A stretch of 64,000 nucleotides of DNA from Gnetum montanum (taxonomy: Eukaryota > Plantae > Gnetophyta). Made by a program: the position numbers and the translations under genes. Positions 26,101 to 37,850 of the stretch are shown piece after piece. Location of the stretch: the NCBI GenBank assembly GCA_015680685.1, contig MNCI01003446.1:55691-119690 (forward strand), written 5' to 3'. Every line of letters begins with the position of its first letter. Positions within the stretch are counted from its first letter, which is position 1. The notes below the pieces were generated by a model. The model ran no database searches and was not told the origin of the DNA. It saw only the letters and a program-made list of their open reading frames with translations.

Positions 26101-26661
26101 TAGAGCAATGGTCAAGTAGAGTCTATGAATAAAATGATCATCATGGTGCTCAAGAAAATGCTGAATCAAAGTAAGAGATGATAGCACGAGTAGTTAATCT
26201 ATGCACTATGGACATACCGAACAATGCATCGAACGTCCACAGGTAAGACACCATATAGCCTAGTATACAGATCTGAAGTTGTGTTACCTTTGGAGTTATA
26301 GGTGTCCTCGCTGCGGATAACGCTCTCTAGCCTCCTTGATGAAAGCCAAAACAATGAACTACACATCACTGACCTTGACTCGGTGAAGGAAGAAAGAGTA
26401 TGAATGCTTGACCAAATCAAATGGTACCAAAGATAGTAACGACAATGTCATCAACATAATCCACATAAGTAGCTGATCAAGGAAGGTGACCTAGTTCTCA
26501 AGGCAGTCCGCAAACACTCAGAAAAATTTTCAGCCAACTAGGAAGGACCTTACTTAGTCACTAAAGCATATGATAATGGGGCATTCAAGCTTGTCGACAT
26601 GGACAAAAATGAATTGGCCAATCCTTCAAACCACATGTACCTGAAACCATTCTATGTCTAA
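23182..26661 (+). pseudogene. pol: pol of element B: RT, RNase H, additional (archaeal-type) RNase H, integrase with GPY motif
   Basis: FTWSYTDMLGLDP, WVSNIVVVPKKNG.IRICIDF, FSGYNQI, YVND; aRH LYFDGAS..TNNVVEYEGL..GDSQLVINQV; integrase WPFKKWGLDIIG, DNGPQ, EGPY. Multiple stops. Confidence 0.95.
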
Positions 26662-26678
26662 TGATCTTAAGGTACGTC

Positions 26679-26990
26679 ATGGTCCTAGCATCACGACCTA
26701 AAACTGATACCACAGAATAGTCCTAGAGCTATGACTTAAAAACTAGTACCACAAAACGTCCTGGCATCATGATAGTAAATCGACACCACAAAGATCTATC
26801 CTACATGACACTAAACTGTTACACTCATTCACCAGAGTCCACTAAGACTATAAAATAGCTAGCCTCTTCATAGTCCACCATGACTATAAACTAGCATGGC
26901 ACCATCTGGTACGATGCTAAATTGGCAACATCCAATGGGTTATGACGTAAAACTAATCCACGAGAGTCTGCCAAGACTATAAACTAGCAA
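26679..26990 (+). repeat. Hairpin+TAAACT motif array in the 3' UTR of B
   Basis: About 9 degenerate units, e.g. TAGTC-caccat-GACTA-TAAACT and AGTC-tgccaa-GACT-ATAAACT. Confidence 0.8.
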
Positions 26991-28150
26991 CTTCTTCACT
27001 AGCCTACTAATCTGTTGCTGAAATTGAATGGCATGTCATCATCAACCTAATCAATGAATTCATCACATGGCTCTGACAACATTGCTGCTTCTCAATTTTG
27101 TTTGCCTACGATTGCACGTGGTATTTCCATCCCATCAATTTCATCCATGTTTAAAGTGTTAAGCTAACTCATTCACTTGTGGTTTTCTTGTCTTCTTGGA
27201 GTTATGTTTGTAGGATGACACCCAAAGGTGTTCGTACATGAATGCACTTCATCACGACAACAAGGTGACACATTGTTCCTAATGCATGTAACCAGGTTAA
27301 TCAAACCATTCACAAGTACATTTACAATTCCTCAAACATCCCTTATTCCCTAACATGTTCTCCCTACCCATTTTCCAGATACATCCCTGTCACCCCTAAA
27401 CTTGAACAACACTATTGCACACTGTAACTCTCCAAGTAGTTGTGCAACACAGCATAGCCCATGATACAATTACAAGCACACAAGCACAAGTACAAAAAAC
27501 ATGCTCTTGCCAAAAACAAAAAAAAACAAAAAAAATAGAAGGCTAAAATAATAATAAAAATAAAAATGAAAATCAAAGAGCAAAATCCATCATAAGACCA
27601 TTGGCACTTCCCATACAAGCCCCAGGTGGGAAGGTACTTGTCTTGGAAGAAAACACTCATGTCTCAAACAATCACGTTGCATCCCACTACGTGGCTTTGG
27701 CTATTGGACAACGGGTTCTCTTTGACACTCAATAAGAATCTTGTTTCTCCAAAGAACGTACCACCTCACCGCGTGGCTCTGGTTGTGACAACGAGTTCTC
27801 TTAAACATGATACAGGAGTCTCATTCCTCCAAAGGACGCACATCCCATGCCTTGGTCCCAAGTCTACTAGATATTGGCTATTGAAAAGGACCAACATGAT
27901 GTGATTCACACAAGAGCATTCCTCTTCCCATAGTTAAACAAAATCATCCCTTCATCAATCCCCGATCTCGCAGTAACAAACCTTTCTCCCTATACACCTC
28001 AAAAACCTCATTTCCCAATTCCATGTACTTCTGAACATGGTGCGATGAAATATGGCAAAGTGCCAAAGAACAATGCTTGATACCTAGTTTCTTGTGGTGT
28101 TTTGTACTTCTTTGTCAACACCTCTTGGGTAGAGTCCTCCAGACATCAAC

Positions 28151-28159
28151 AAAGAGGGG
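28151..28159 (+). promoter_or_regulatory. Polypurine tract of B
   Basis: AAAGAGGGG-CCAA immediately before the 3' LTR TG; identical in C. Confidence 0.85.
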
Positions 28160-28163
28160 CCAA

Positions 28164-29647
28164 TGAAACACCACAAAAATTCTAGCAACACTTCCAAACA
28201 CTTCAGAGCCTCTGAAGTGGTTTCAAACAGCCCACCATGGAGCAAGGAAGGTCCCCATGGGGCCCACAGATCATGACAGCAAGTCTCGGTGTCAAGAATC
28301 ATCAGTTTCAAGGTCAAAAAGTGCAATTTTGACTAACTACATTTTTCAAACGTTGCACAGCGTAAGGCTCAACGTCACCAACTTTTGGAGCCCCGAAACT
28401 AAGTCAAAATAGGTTAAAATTGAGTACAAGGACCCCCCATGACCTCCACTAATGGTTACCCCAAGTTCCCAACCCTCAGAATCCTAATTTTGAGCTTGAA
28501 AATACACTATTTTTACTACTCACGCCTAGCTCACACCAAGGTCAAGCCTAGGTCACGCTGGAATGTGAGCCCAGCGTGACCAAATGAAAATGGGTTTAAA
28601 AAAGTAGTCTCAGGTACAATGTTAGCATCAACTCAACTCCCAAGGGCAGGCAGCAGTTATACTTGAAGGAAAAGCCTCGAAAATCAAGATTCGGTGCAAA
28701 AATGAACCATTCTGCCTATCTCATGCCCAGTTCACACTGAGGTCACTCTAATAGCGTGAGCCTAGCGTGAGCTACCAAAAGTGGCCCAAAACATTTCAGA
28801 CATACACCGAAAACACGCCAAGACAAGATCAACTCAAATCAACATCTTGCAGTAGCCGATCCAAAATACTATGAAGTTCCAAGTGAGCTGGAGTCAAATT
28901 TTAATTGCAAATTCATTGTAAGCTTCACCATGTGTGAGCTTGTCAAGCCCTTACACTGCTTCCATGGGCGTAAAATAGCTTGTGTTGTAAGATGCAGTGC
29001 ACCTAGTCTAGAACGTAGTTTTCCCACGTACACTTGTCATGCGATCCGTTATTATCTCATCTCACCGTCATTGATCCTGTTCATTCCTACTCCCAAGCCT
29101 AGATGAATGCATAAATACCCTGTGCAAAGACATAAACAAGGTTGGAAAAAATTTGGCAAAATAAACCAGCAATCCTGAGCCCAGACGCACGTGATTCCCA
29201 GCACCTACAAACACTACACATCAGAGCTTAACGTCTGACTTGCAATCCAGATTCGCAACTACATTTTGACCGATGCACGTTTTGTTAATTAATACAATAC
29301 AATTTCATTTTTTCCTTCCGTTGTGCTGTTCTTGTTCGTTATCTGTATTATTCTATTTTATCATGGGTTTCTGCAATACATTCTCTACACGTTTACAAGA
29401 TGTATTTCACGTTTACATTTCATTTTTATTACACTCTTCATTTTACATTTCGTAATGATAACCCCAGCGTAGGCCATAGCGTATGCTCAGGGAAGTCCTT
29501 GGTTAATCTGCGTGTAGACCATCCAAGGCACTCTACCTTCATCTTTCTAGCTTACCCTCACACGAAGGTAGGGTCATCTATGTCTCTCCGAAGATCTTTT
29601 GACGTACATTTTCTTCCAGCCTTACGCTAATGATTTCAGACAGTACA
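28164..29647 (+). repeat. 3' LTR of element B
   Basis: TG...CA direct repeat of 10436-11959. Confidence 0.93.
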
Positions 29648-30919
29648 AAGATTATGAAAAAGTGGAAATAACAAGTATGAAATTTCATGGCTCTTAAAAT
29701 AACAATGCTATCACATATCCTTACAAAATGCACTAAAACACCTTGTACATTACAATAAATTATAGAACAAGTTCTATACATTAAAAATAATACTTAAAAA
29801 ACTTCACAAGATTCATAAACCAATCCTAGGTACCAAACATTGTCACTCTAGCCAAGTGAACCAAAACTGTGTAACCAAAACCAAAATTGAGCAACCTAGA
29901 TGCTAGAGGCTAGAAAAAACATCTAAAAAAAGTATAAAAACTCATTTTTACTTGAAAGTGTAGAGAACATAACCTCAATAACCAAAAATAACCATCAACA
30001 CTATAGTTCAAGTGTAGGAAAAATTAAAAATGAGATATTTTTCACTTGAGCCTTTTACTAAGAAAACTTAGTTTGTTGTAAATCAATTGTAGTAAACACC
30101 CTAGGAAAAACTCATAAAAATTTCAAAAAATTACAAAATCCATAAGAAACCATTCTACACTATTTTTTCCATCTCTCATGAGCCAAAACACTGACAACAT
30201 GTAGCCAAAAATTTGAAAACACTATTAGTTTTCCCTTAGAAAAATTGCAAAATTTCAGTAAAGTAGGCCAGAACACAAAAAATTGAGTTGGGAAAAAACC
30301 AATAAAAATTATTAAAAACTCATAAATATAAAATTTCACCTCTATTATCACAATAAGACCAAGAATAACACATCTAAGCACTCAAAATTTCAAAAATATT
30401 AGGCTATACATTCTAGGAAAAATGTCAAAGTTGAGTTAAAATTCACCGAAACTAGAACAAAAAAATGTTGAGCATAGATTTGGGAAAAAACCCAAATCTC
30501 CTTAAATCCATCACCAAAAATAAAAATCTTTATTTTGATAAAATTGATGGGCCTAAACCTTCAATTTAGCACAAATAGAGTGAAAAATTTCAACCTAGCT
30601 AGAGGTGGAAAAATGATTCCACAAAACTATAAAAAATTAGAAAAAATGACAAGAACTTGGTATCTGGTAGATCTTGATGAAGACCCTTCTTCCATAGTAT
30701 GATCTTAAAGGCTTGAAATAATTTTTATGGCATCCTCCACCTCATCTAAAACTAGATTTCGACTACTTGACTTAATCCTTTTCACCAGGGTTATTGAGAG
30801 CTTCAAACCTTCACCTTGATTGTAGCAGAAGAAAAGCCTGAAACTCCTTGCCCTATTGCACCAACGTTGTGAGTAGAGATGGATGAACACTAAGATTAAT
30901 AAGGATATGTGATGATATT

Positions 30920-31194
30920 TTTAGCCACCAATGTGGATTCTGGGTTTCACACTTAGGATACTTGGCAGAAAATAGCTATGGTGCTAGAGTTGGTTGTAAC
31001 AAATCCTTCAATCCTGAAGTGCCTTGAACGTAGATAAGAAAATGTCTTTATAAAACCAAGAAAACCTTCTTCACATTGATCTTGAGAATTTTTATAGAGA
31101 TGTAAAACCTTGTATGGTAGGTTTTGGTTAAAAGTTTCTATTTTGACCTTCCTAATCATGCTTCCCAGGATAGTGCATAAACTAACTTGGAGAG
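30920..31194 (-). pseudogene. C-terminal half of a second FCP1-like relic in D, split by insertion of C
   Basis: LYKNSQDQCEEGFLGFIKTFSYL...STIAIFCQVS.V.NPESTLV; in frame with the sequence at 48475+ once C is removed. Confidence 0.5.
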
Positions 31195-32691
31195 TGTACT
31201 GTCTGAAATCGTCGATGCCCAGATGGAATGAAAAAGACACTGAGAGATCCACAGACAGACATAGAAGACCCTACCTTCACTTGAGGGTGAACTGGAACTA
31301 ACGAAGGTAGAGTACCTTGGGTGGTCCGCACGCAGATCAGACAAGGATTTCCCCGAATGTATACCAATGTGCAATACGCTGGGTTATGGGTAAACAGTGT
31401 AATAAATGTAAACCAGAATATAAACGTGCAAGGATGTAAACAAGAGGTAAATAAGAACGAATGAAAACTATAGTAAATCTTAACCAAAAATGCAGCAATA
31501 TTATTGCATGATGAAAATTACAATGCACCGGTCTAAACGCAGTTATGGATCTAGCACAAGGCGGATGAAGAGCCCTAATGGATGCGGAGGGGTGATGGTA
31601 TGCTGGTTTAAAGTACAGTCACAACGTGGAGGCTGTATGCTCAGTGTGCAGGATCGAAGTCCAGCATACATGATGGGTGTTCTGGATGTTCTCAGCGTGG
31701 ATTGCCCAAATTTCTTTTTGCCCCGATTCTTTAATTTTCCGAACCCTTATCTAGTCAAAAATCTAGGGTTTTGTACAAGTTTTGGTGTTAAACTCGGATC
31801 TGAGATGGGATGATTGGGTGTGGGATGCTAAAATTTTGGATCGGGTGACATGTGGAGCGTCGACCGAGTGCAACAGAATGAAACTTTACAAGTGTGCGGT
31901 GTGCCAGCTTGTACACGCTGGGCGTGTAGGGCTAAAAATGACCCTTATGATGCTTAAAATTGATGTTTATAGAGCCAGTGGACTTGTAGATTCATTGACC
32001 ATGCCTTGGGGGCTAACTCCATGTCAAAATCTTGCCTAAAATGACTGATCAACCCTGTTCAAAGTGGTGCATGTTGGGCTGCACGCTGGGCATGCAGTCA
32101 AGTGTACAGGCATGAAAGTGCCACTTTTCAAAGTTAAAAATTGATCTTTGGAAGCCCAAGATGATTCCTGATAGTTTCCCTACCTCTGGGAGTTGATTGG
32201 CTATGAAAATCATGCTCTAAGTGTCTGTTTTGGTCTCTCTGAGTGGTACACGCTGGGCGTGCACACTGGGCATCCAGGCCAGTGTGCAGGCATGAAAACC
32301 CATCATTTGGAGCCCAAAATTTGAATTTCAAATGCCTAAAAGCTATTGGGGACCCTTGGGAAGGTCTTGGGGGGTCCAAATGCTTGATTATGACATGTTT
32401 TGATTCATTTTTGGAGCTAAAAAGTTGCTGCACGCTGAGCTGCACACTGAGCTATACGTTGGGCGTGAAGGCCTGTGTGCAAGAAGTATACTTAGTCAAA
32501 ACTAAGTGTTTTAAGTTTGAAACCTATAGTTCTTGTTGCTAGATGTTGATGTAGTCTCCAATGGATCTCAGGGAACTCTTGATTGTTCAATTATTGCTCC
32601 GTTTGATGCTGTTTTTGAGGCTTTCAAGCTTGGTCATGACTTAACTCAATTTCTGTCTACAAGTGTTAGCCAAAATTTTTGTGGTGTTTCA
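31195..32691 (-). repeat. 3' LTR of element C
   Basis: Direct repeat of 46977-48474, TG...CA, preceded on the minus strand by the PPT at 32696-32704. Confidence 0.95.
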
Positions 32692-33957
32692 TTGGCCCCT
32701 CTTTGTTGACGCTTGGAGGAATCGACCTGAGAGGCATCGACAAAGAAGTACAAAACACCACAAGCAACTTAGTGGCATTGTCCTTTGACATCTGGCCAGA
32801 TGTCCTCGCATCGTGTTCAAAAGTACTTGGGATTGGGAAATGAAGTTTTGAGATGATGTCTAGGGGATTGGGAATTAACCAAGGGATTGTGCTAGTGTGG
32901 GAGAGGAGTGTTCATCTTTGTGCAAACAATTCATGTTGTTCCTTGTCGATGGCCAATGTTTGGTAGACTTGGAACCAAGGTATGAGGTGTGCGTCCTTTA
33001 GAGGAACAAGACTCTTGTATCAGTTTTAAGAGAACTTGTTGTCACAACCAAAGCCACATGATGAGATGATGTGTTCTTTGGAGAAATAAGACCCTTGTAG
33101 AGTGTCTAAGGGAACCCATTATCTAACAGCCAAAGCCACGCAGTCTAAAATGAAACATGATGGTGTGAGACACGAACGGTTCTTTCCAAGACCACTGTCT
33201 TCCCGCCTGGGGCTTGAATGGGAAGTGCCAAGGGCTTGCGGTTCATTTTTCTCGTTGCTCTTTTTTCTTTTCTATTCCTTTTCATTTTTTTGTTCTCTTT
33301 TTTTCATTTTTTTGGAAAGAGTGTTCTTTCAATTTTACACTCATGCTCATGTGTTGTGTTGTGTGTGGCAATTGCTTGAGAGTGTCAAACCGTGAAACTG
33401 TATGCTCAAAGTTTTGGGTGCACTGGGTGTATCTAGGAGCTATGACTGGGTAGGAAGGGGAACAAGATTGTTGGGGAAATGGAGAATGTATTGGGAACTG
33501 GGAATGTACTTTTGAACAGATTGATTAACCTGGTTGCGTGCGTCAGAAACAATGTGGTACCTTGTCGCCGTGATGAAGTGTATCCATGTACGAGCACCAC
33601 TGGGTGTCATCCTGCAAACACAACTCCAAGAAGACAAGAAAACCACAAGTAATTGAGTTAGTGAACACTTTAGACATGAATGTGACTGATGAAACAAAGG
33701 CACCAGATGAGATTTCAAGCACTAAATATGAATGGTAGCAATGTCTTTAGGATCAATTGATGATGAGTGAGGCAGCGGCTCTGATGAGGTTTGAATGCAG
33801 CTACTGATCGGGAGGCTAGAAATGAAGCTGCCAGTTTATAGTCATAGCAGACTGTCATGGGTTAGTTTTATGTCATAACCTGTTGGACGTTGCCAGTTTA
33901 GTGTCGTAACAGATGGTGCCTTGCTAATTTATAGTCTTGGTGGACTATGGAGAGGCA

Positions 33958-36471
33958 AATAGTCATACTCCATGTGTGGCCAATAGTACCCTAAATGCCT
34001 TATTTTGGTTGCCATTGCTTTGGGTGCTATGTGCCCTCTACAAAGTCCTTCATGTACTTGCTCCACAATGGTTTGGCCATCAATGCTATTAACGCACCTT
34101 AACAGGATACCTTCGTAGGATCTACAACACAACGTGTCACCTACTAATGCATACTGTCGAAAACGCTTTCGTACTACATCCTTTTGTGCATTTGTTAGAT
34201 GTCGCGGTGTTTCACCGTGTAAAAGGTACTCTTTTATGTCATCATACCATTCTACTGTGTGTGTTGTACTAACTAATGTAATCAGTAATTCATCGGGAGT
34301 ATCAATTATGGATTTAGCACAACTGTTTATAGAACTAGGCAACGTGTGGAACATGTTTGGCACTAATTTTAGGGCTAACGTAGCTAGTGCATCTACAATG
34401 GTGTTATCATTTCTGAAAATATGTTGTACATCTATGTTGTCGAATCACTTCAGAAAATGCTTAGTCAAATCACAGTATGATTGTAAGTGTTGTGCTTTGC
34501 ATGTGTAAACGTCTGTGACTTGATTTAGAACTAGCTATGAGTCACCTCTGACTACGAGTCGTGTGATGTCAGAAGCTAGTGCTACTATGAGACCTCTAAG
34601 GAGGCCTTCATACTCTGCTACATTGTTGGTATAGTGAAAATTGAAGCGATAAGCAAAGGTTCGGATCTCCCTGGAGGGATAGGTGATGACGACGATGGCA
34701 CTTCCACCTCAGAAGGTGGATGCTCCATCAAAATTCAAGGTGACATCGTAATTATCAGGCACTATGTCTATTGCACTCACATTTTCATCTGGGAACTCTG
34801 GCTCTATTGTCGCTTGATCATGCATTGGTGATGTAGTCATTTGAGTTGCTATAGCTTGACCCTTAACTGATGACTATGCTATGTAGTGTAGGTCAAACTC
34901 AGCTATCATGGCTTTCCAGTGAGCCATCTTACTTGATTCATAGAGGTTGCCTGTGATGGCTCTAAGCACATTATCCTTGCAGATTATATTAACTTGGTTG
35001 CGGAAGAGATAATGTCGCCATTTCTTCAAGGAAAAGGTAAGGGCTAAACACAACCTCTCCACCTCATTGTACTTCTTGTCATGGGCTACTAATGCATGAC
35101 TTAAATAATATATAGGGACTTCAGTTCCATCATCTCATTTCTAGAAAATCATGGACGTGATTGATGAGTCAGATGTGGCCAGGTAGATATAGAATGGTTT
35201 GTTGTTCTGAGGTGGATAGACTGTCAGTAGTTGAACAAGTGTCGTTTTAATGTTGTCAAATGCTTCCTGGCATTGTGAAGTCCATTCAAAATGGATGTTC
35301 TTGCATAGCAAGTGGTTCATAGGTTTCAACTTGTCCGTCAGTTTTTCTATGAAACGCCTGATGAACTATAATCTACCTTGTAGACCTCGGAGTTTGGTAA
35401 GGTTGCTTGGTGGTTTCAATTTGGTGATAGCCTTAACCTTGTCTGGATTTACTTGTATTCCTATTTCTGATACTACGAAGCTTAGCATCTTGCCCGTTTT
35501 TACCCCAAAGACACATTTCTTTGGGTTGAGCCTAAGTTCATATTTTAGACAACGTTTTAAAACCAAATCTAAGTCTTGTATATGTTGCTCTGGTGTTTTT
35601 GATTTAAGTGCGATGTTATCCACATAATCATTGAGTGAATGAAGTATGTAATCGCTAAAAATGAATGTCATTGCTCTCTGATATGTGGCACCGACGTTCT
35701 TCAAGCTGAATGACATCATTGTATAGCAAAAGGTTCCCCATGGTGTCATAAAGGTCATCCTGAGCTGATGTTCCAAGTTAATCCTTATCTGGTTATATCC
35801 CGAAAAGCCATCCATAAAAGACAACAAAGCATGCCCCGCAGTTGAGTCAACAAGTTGATCAATGCTTGGTAGCGCGAAGTCATCCTTTATGATTGTGATG
35901 TTGAGATCCTGGAAGTCTATGCATAAGTGAATTCTTCCGTTCTTCTTGGGGACTATAACCAATTTAGACATCCAATCAACATAGTCAACAGCCTGAATGA
36001 AACCAGCTTGATAAAGCTTAGTAATCTCATTGCGAACTGCCAGTGCTACCTTAGGTTTAACCTTGCATGCTTTCTGTTTCACTAGTCTTAACTTGGGATC
36101 GAGTATAATGTTGTGTTGGACAATGCGAGGATCTAGTCCAGGCATGTCATTGTAAGACCAAGCAAATGCTTTCATGTTTTCTCAAAGCACGTATCCATGT
36201 CCTTGGCAAGTTGAGGTTGTAATAGTGAGCTCAATTTTAATACTTTAACTTCACCTTCAAGCATAGTTAAAGGATCTTCAGTGATGCTATCAGCTTCTAT
36301 GTCCAGAGATTTTGTCATACCTTCATAGCTGTCTAATGTTTGTTGCATCAAGGCTACTAATGTATCGTCTGTTGATGGACCTAAGTCGATAGAATTTATG
36401 TTGATTTCTTTTGTGATCTTTTCGTATGATCCATCGATGGTCAATGGTGTGAATAGATGCTTGCAATCCAT
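33958..36471 (-). pseudogene. pol: pol of element C (RT, RH, aRH, integrase Zn-finger only)
   Basis: ORFs 35366-36175 (FMDGFSGYNQI, YVDN), 35141-35329, 34874-35062 and 33929-34363 (VHEGLCRGH..GYYWPHM), then a direct jump to the 3' UTR. Confidence 0.93.
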
Positions 36472-37850
36472 CGCGCTTGCTCCTACCAATAAACAGGGAG
36501 CAAAGTGAGCTAGGGGGGTTGTTATGCTTTCCATGCAATGTAACTCATGTGTATGTTTGATAGTGACTAAGGTATGCAGTGGTAATTTATCATCGTACCT
36601 AGATGCATGGCATTTTAGGGCCATACCAGGCCTTACTTGTTAGTTTATAGTCATGACAGACTGATCATGGTAGTTTAAGGCCTTACCGGGCTGATTGTGA
36701 CAGTTCGCTTACGATTTCTAATTGATTGTGCGATTTGTAATTGTTACTAAGTGTGAGATTGCAAAACGAAGAGTCTGTACTGAGGTGTTCAATTTGGGCA
36801 ATAGGAGTTGCTGTGTAAGGGAAGATTTCACATGGGTAATGCTACATAGTTATCTTTACCTTTGTTTGTAAGTATTTTTATTTTAGTTAATTCCTATGTT
36901 TATTGAGTAAAATATTCAAGGCGCCGATTTCCTAGAGGGTGAGGCGACGTGTGCCATGTGGAGACATAAAAAAAACATGATGTTGCAAGCATAAACTTCA
37001 GCGTAAACCTCAAAATCTCAGCATGCACCCAGAGCTCAGCATGAATCTACACTTGACATGAAATCGAGAGTAGCGAACGCTGAGGTGAATATCCAGTGAT
37101 ATAGGCAAGGATAGGCGTGAATACGCTACATAGGTGGTAGCAAGGGCAGCATATGTCGGAGCACGATGAGTCCAACAAGGGAGTTTGATGTGTACGCTCT
37201 TGAGAATATTCAATGTGTCGTGAGGAAGAAACTCTGAGTGTGAACACAGCAAACCGCGTGAATGCAAAATTAAAACCCCAGTGTGCAGGGTTCAACATGA
37301 ACACATGGTTCAAACCCCAGCATAGAGGGTTTAGCATGAACATAGGGTTCAAGGTGAACATAGCGTGCAAGGATGGGCAATGGTAAGTAAGCATAAGGCC
37401 AAGGAAGAAAGGAGCTTAGCTTGACCTTCACGGAGGAAAGCGAGGCTATGCTCCGGTGCTTGCCTAAACCCATGATCCCCTCATGGTCGAGATCGTCATG
37501 CTAGTAGGCCCTGATCCTCTGTTAAACTTTGTATTTCCGCTTGTTGTTTTCTTCACACTTAATTTCCCTTTTTTTTATTTCGGCATATAGCATGAGGCCT
37601 GGCCTATTTCTTTAGTATAGATGTTAGCGTACAGGCCAGCGTTCATATTTGGGAAATTTTGGTTGTATGTTCGACGTATAGGATAGGGCTAAAATGCTCA
37701 GCATGTGGGGTTTGTGTACCCACATTCCAGCGTGCAGCATGCAGGGTCTGCACATTGAGTGTGAACTTGGGAATTTTTCTAAGTGTTGGCCCCCAGTGTA
37801 AAACCTTATTTTTGCATAGCTTATTAACCCTAGTTCTTGAATACATACAG

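Larger units (their letters stand above)
10436..29647 (+). mobile_element. Element B: full-length Tat-clade Ty3/gypsy LTR retrotransposon (~19.2 kb), inactive
   Basis: Two LTRs (TGAAACACCAC...CAGTACA), TSD GAGAT/AAGAT (1 mismatch), PBS, PPT, gag-PR and RT-RH-aRH-INT. Confidence 0.95.

Noticed and set aside
26679-26990. CRISPR-like repeat-spacer appearance
   Set aside because: Eukaryotic TE UTR, units too degenerate, no cas genes.
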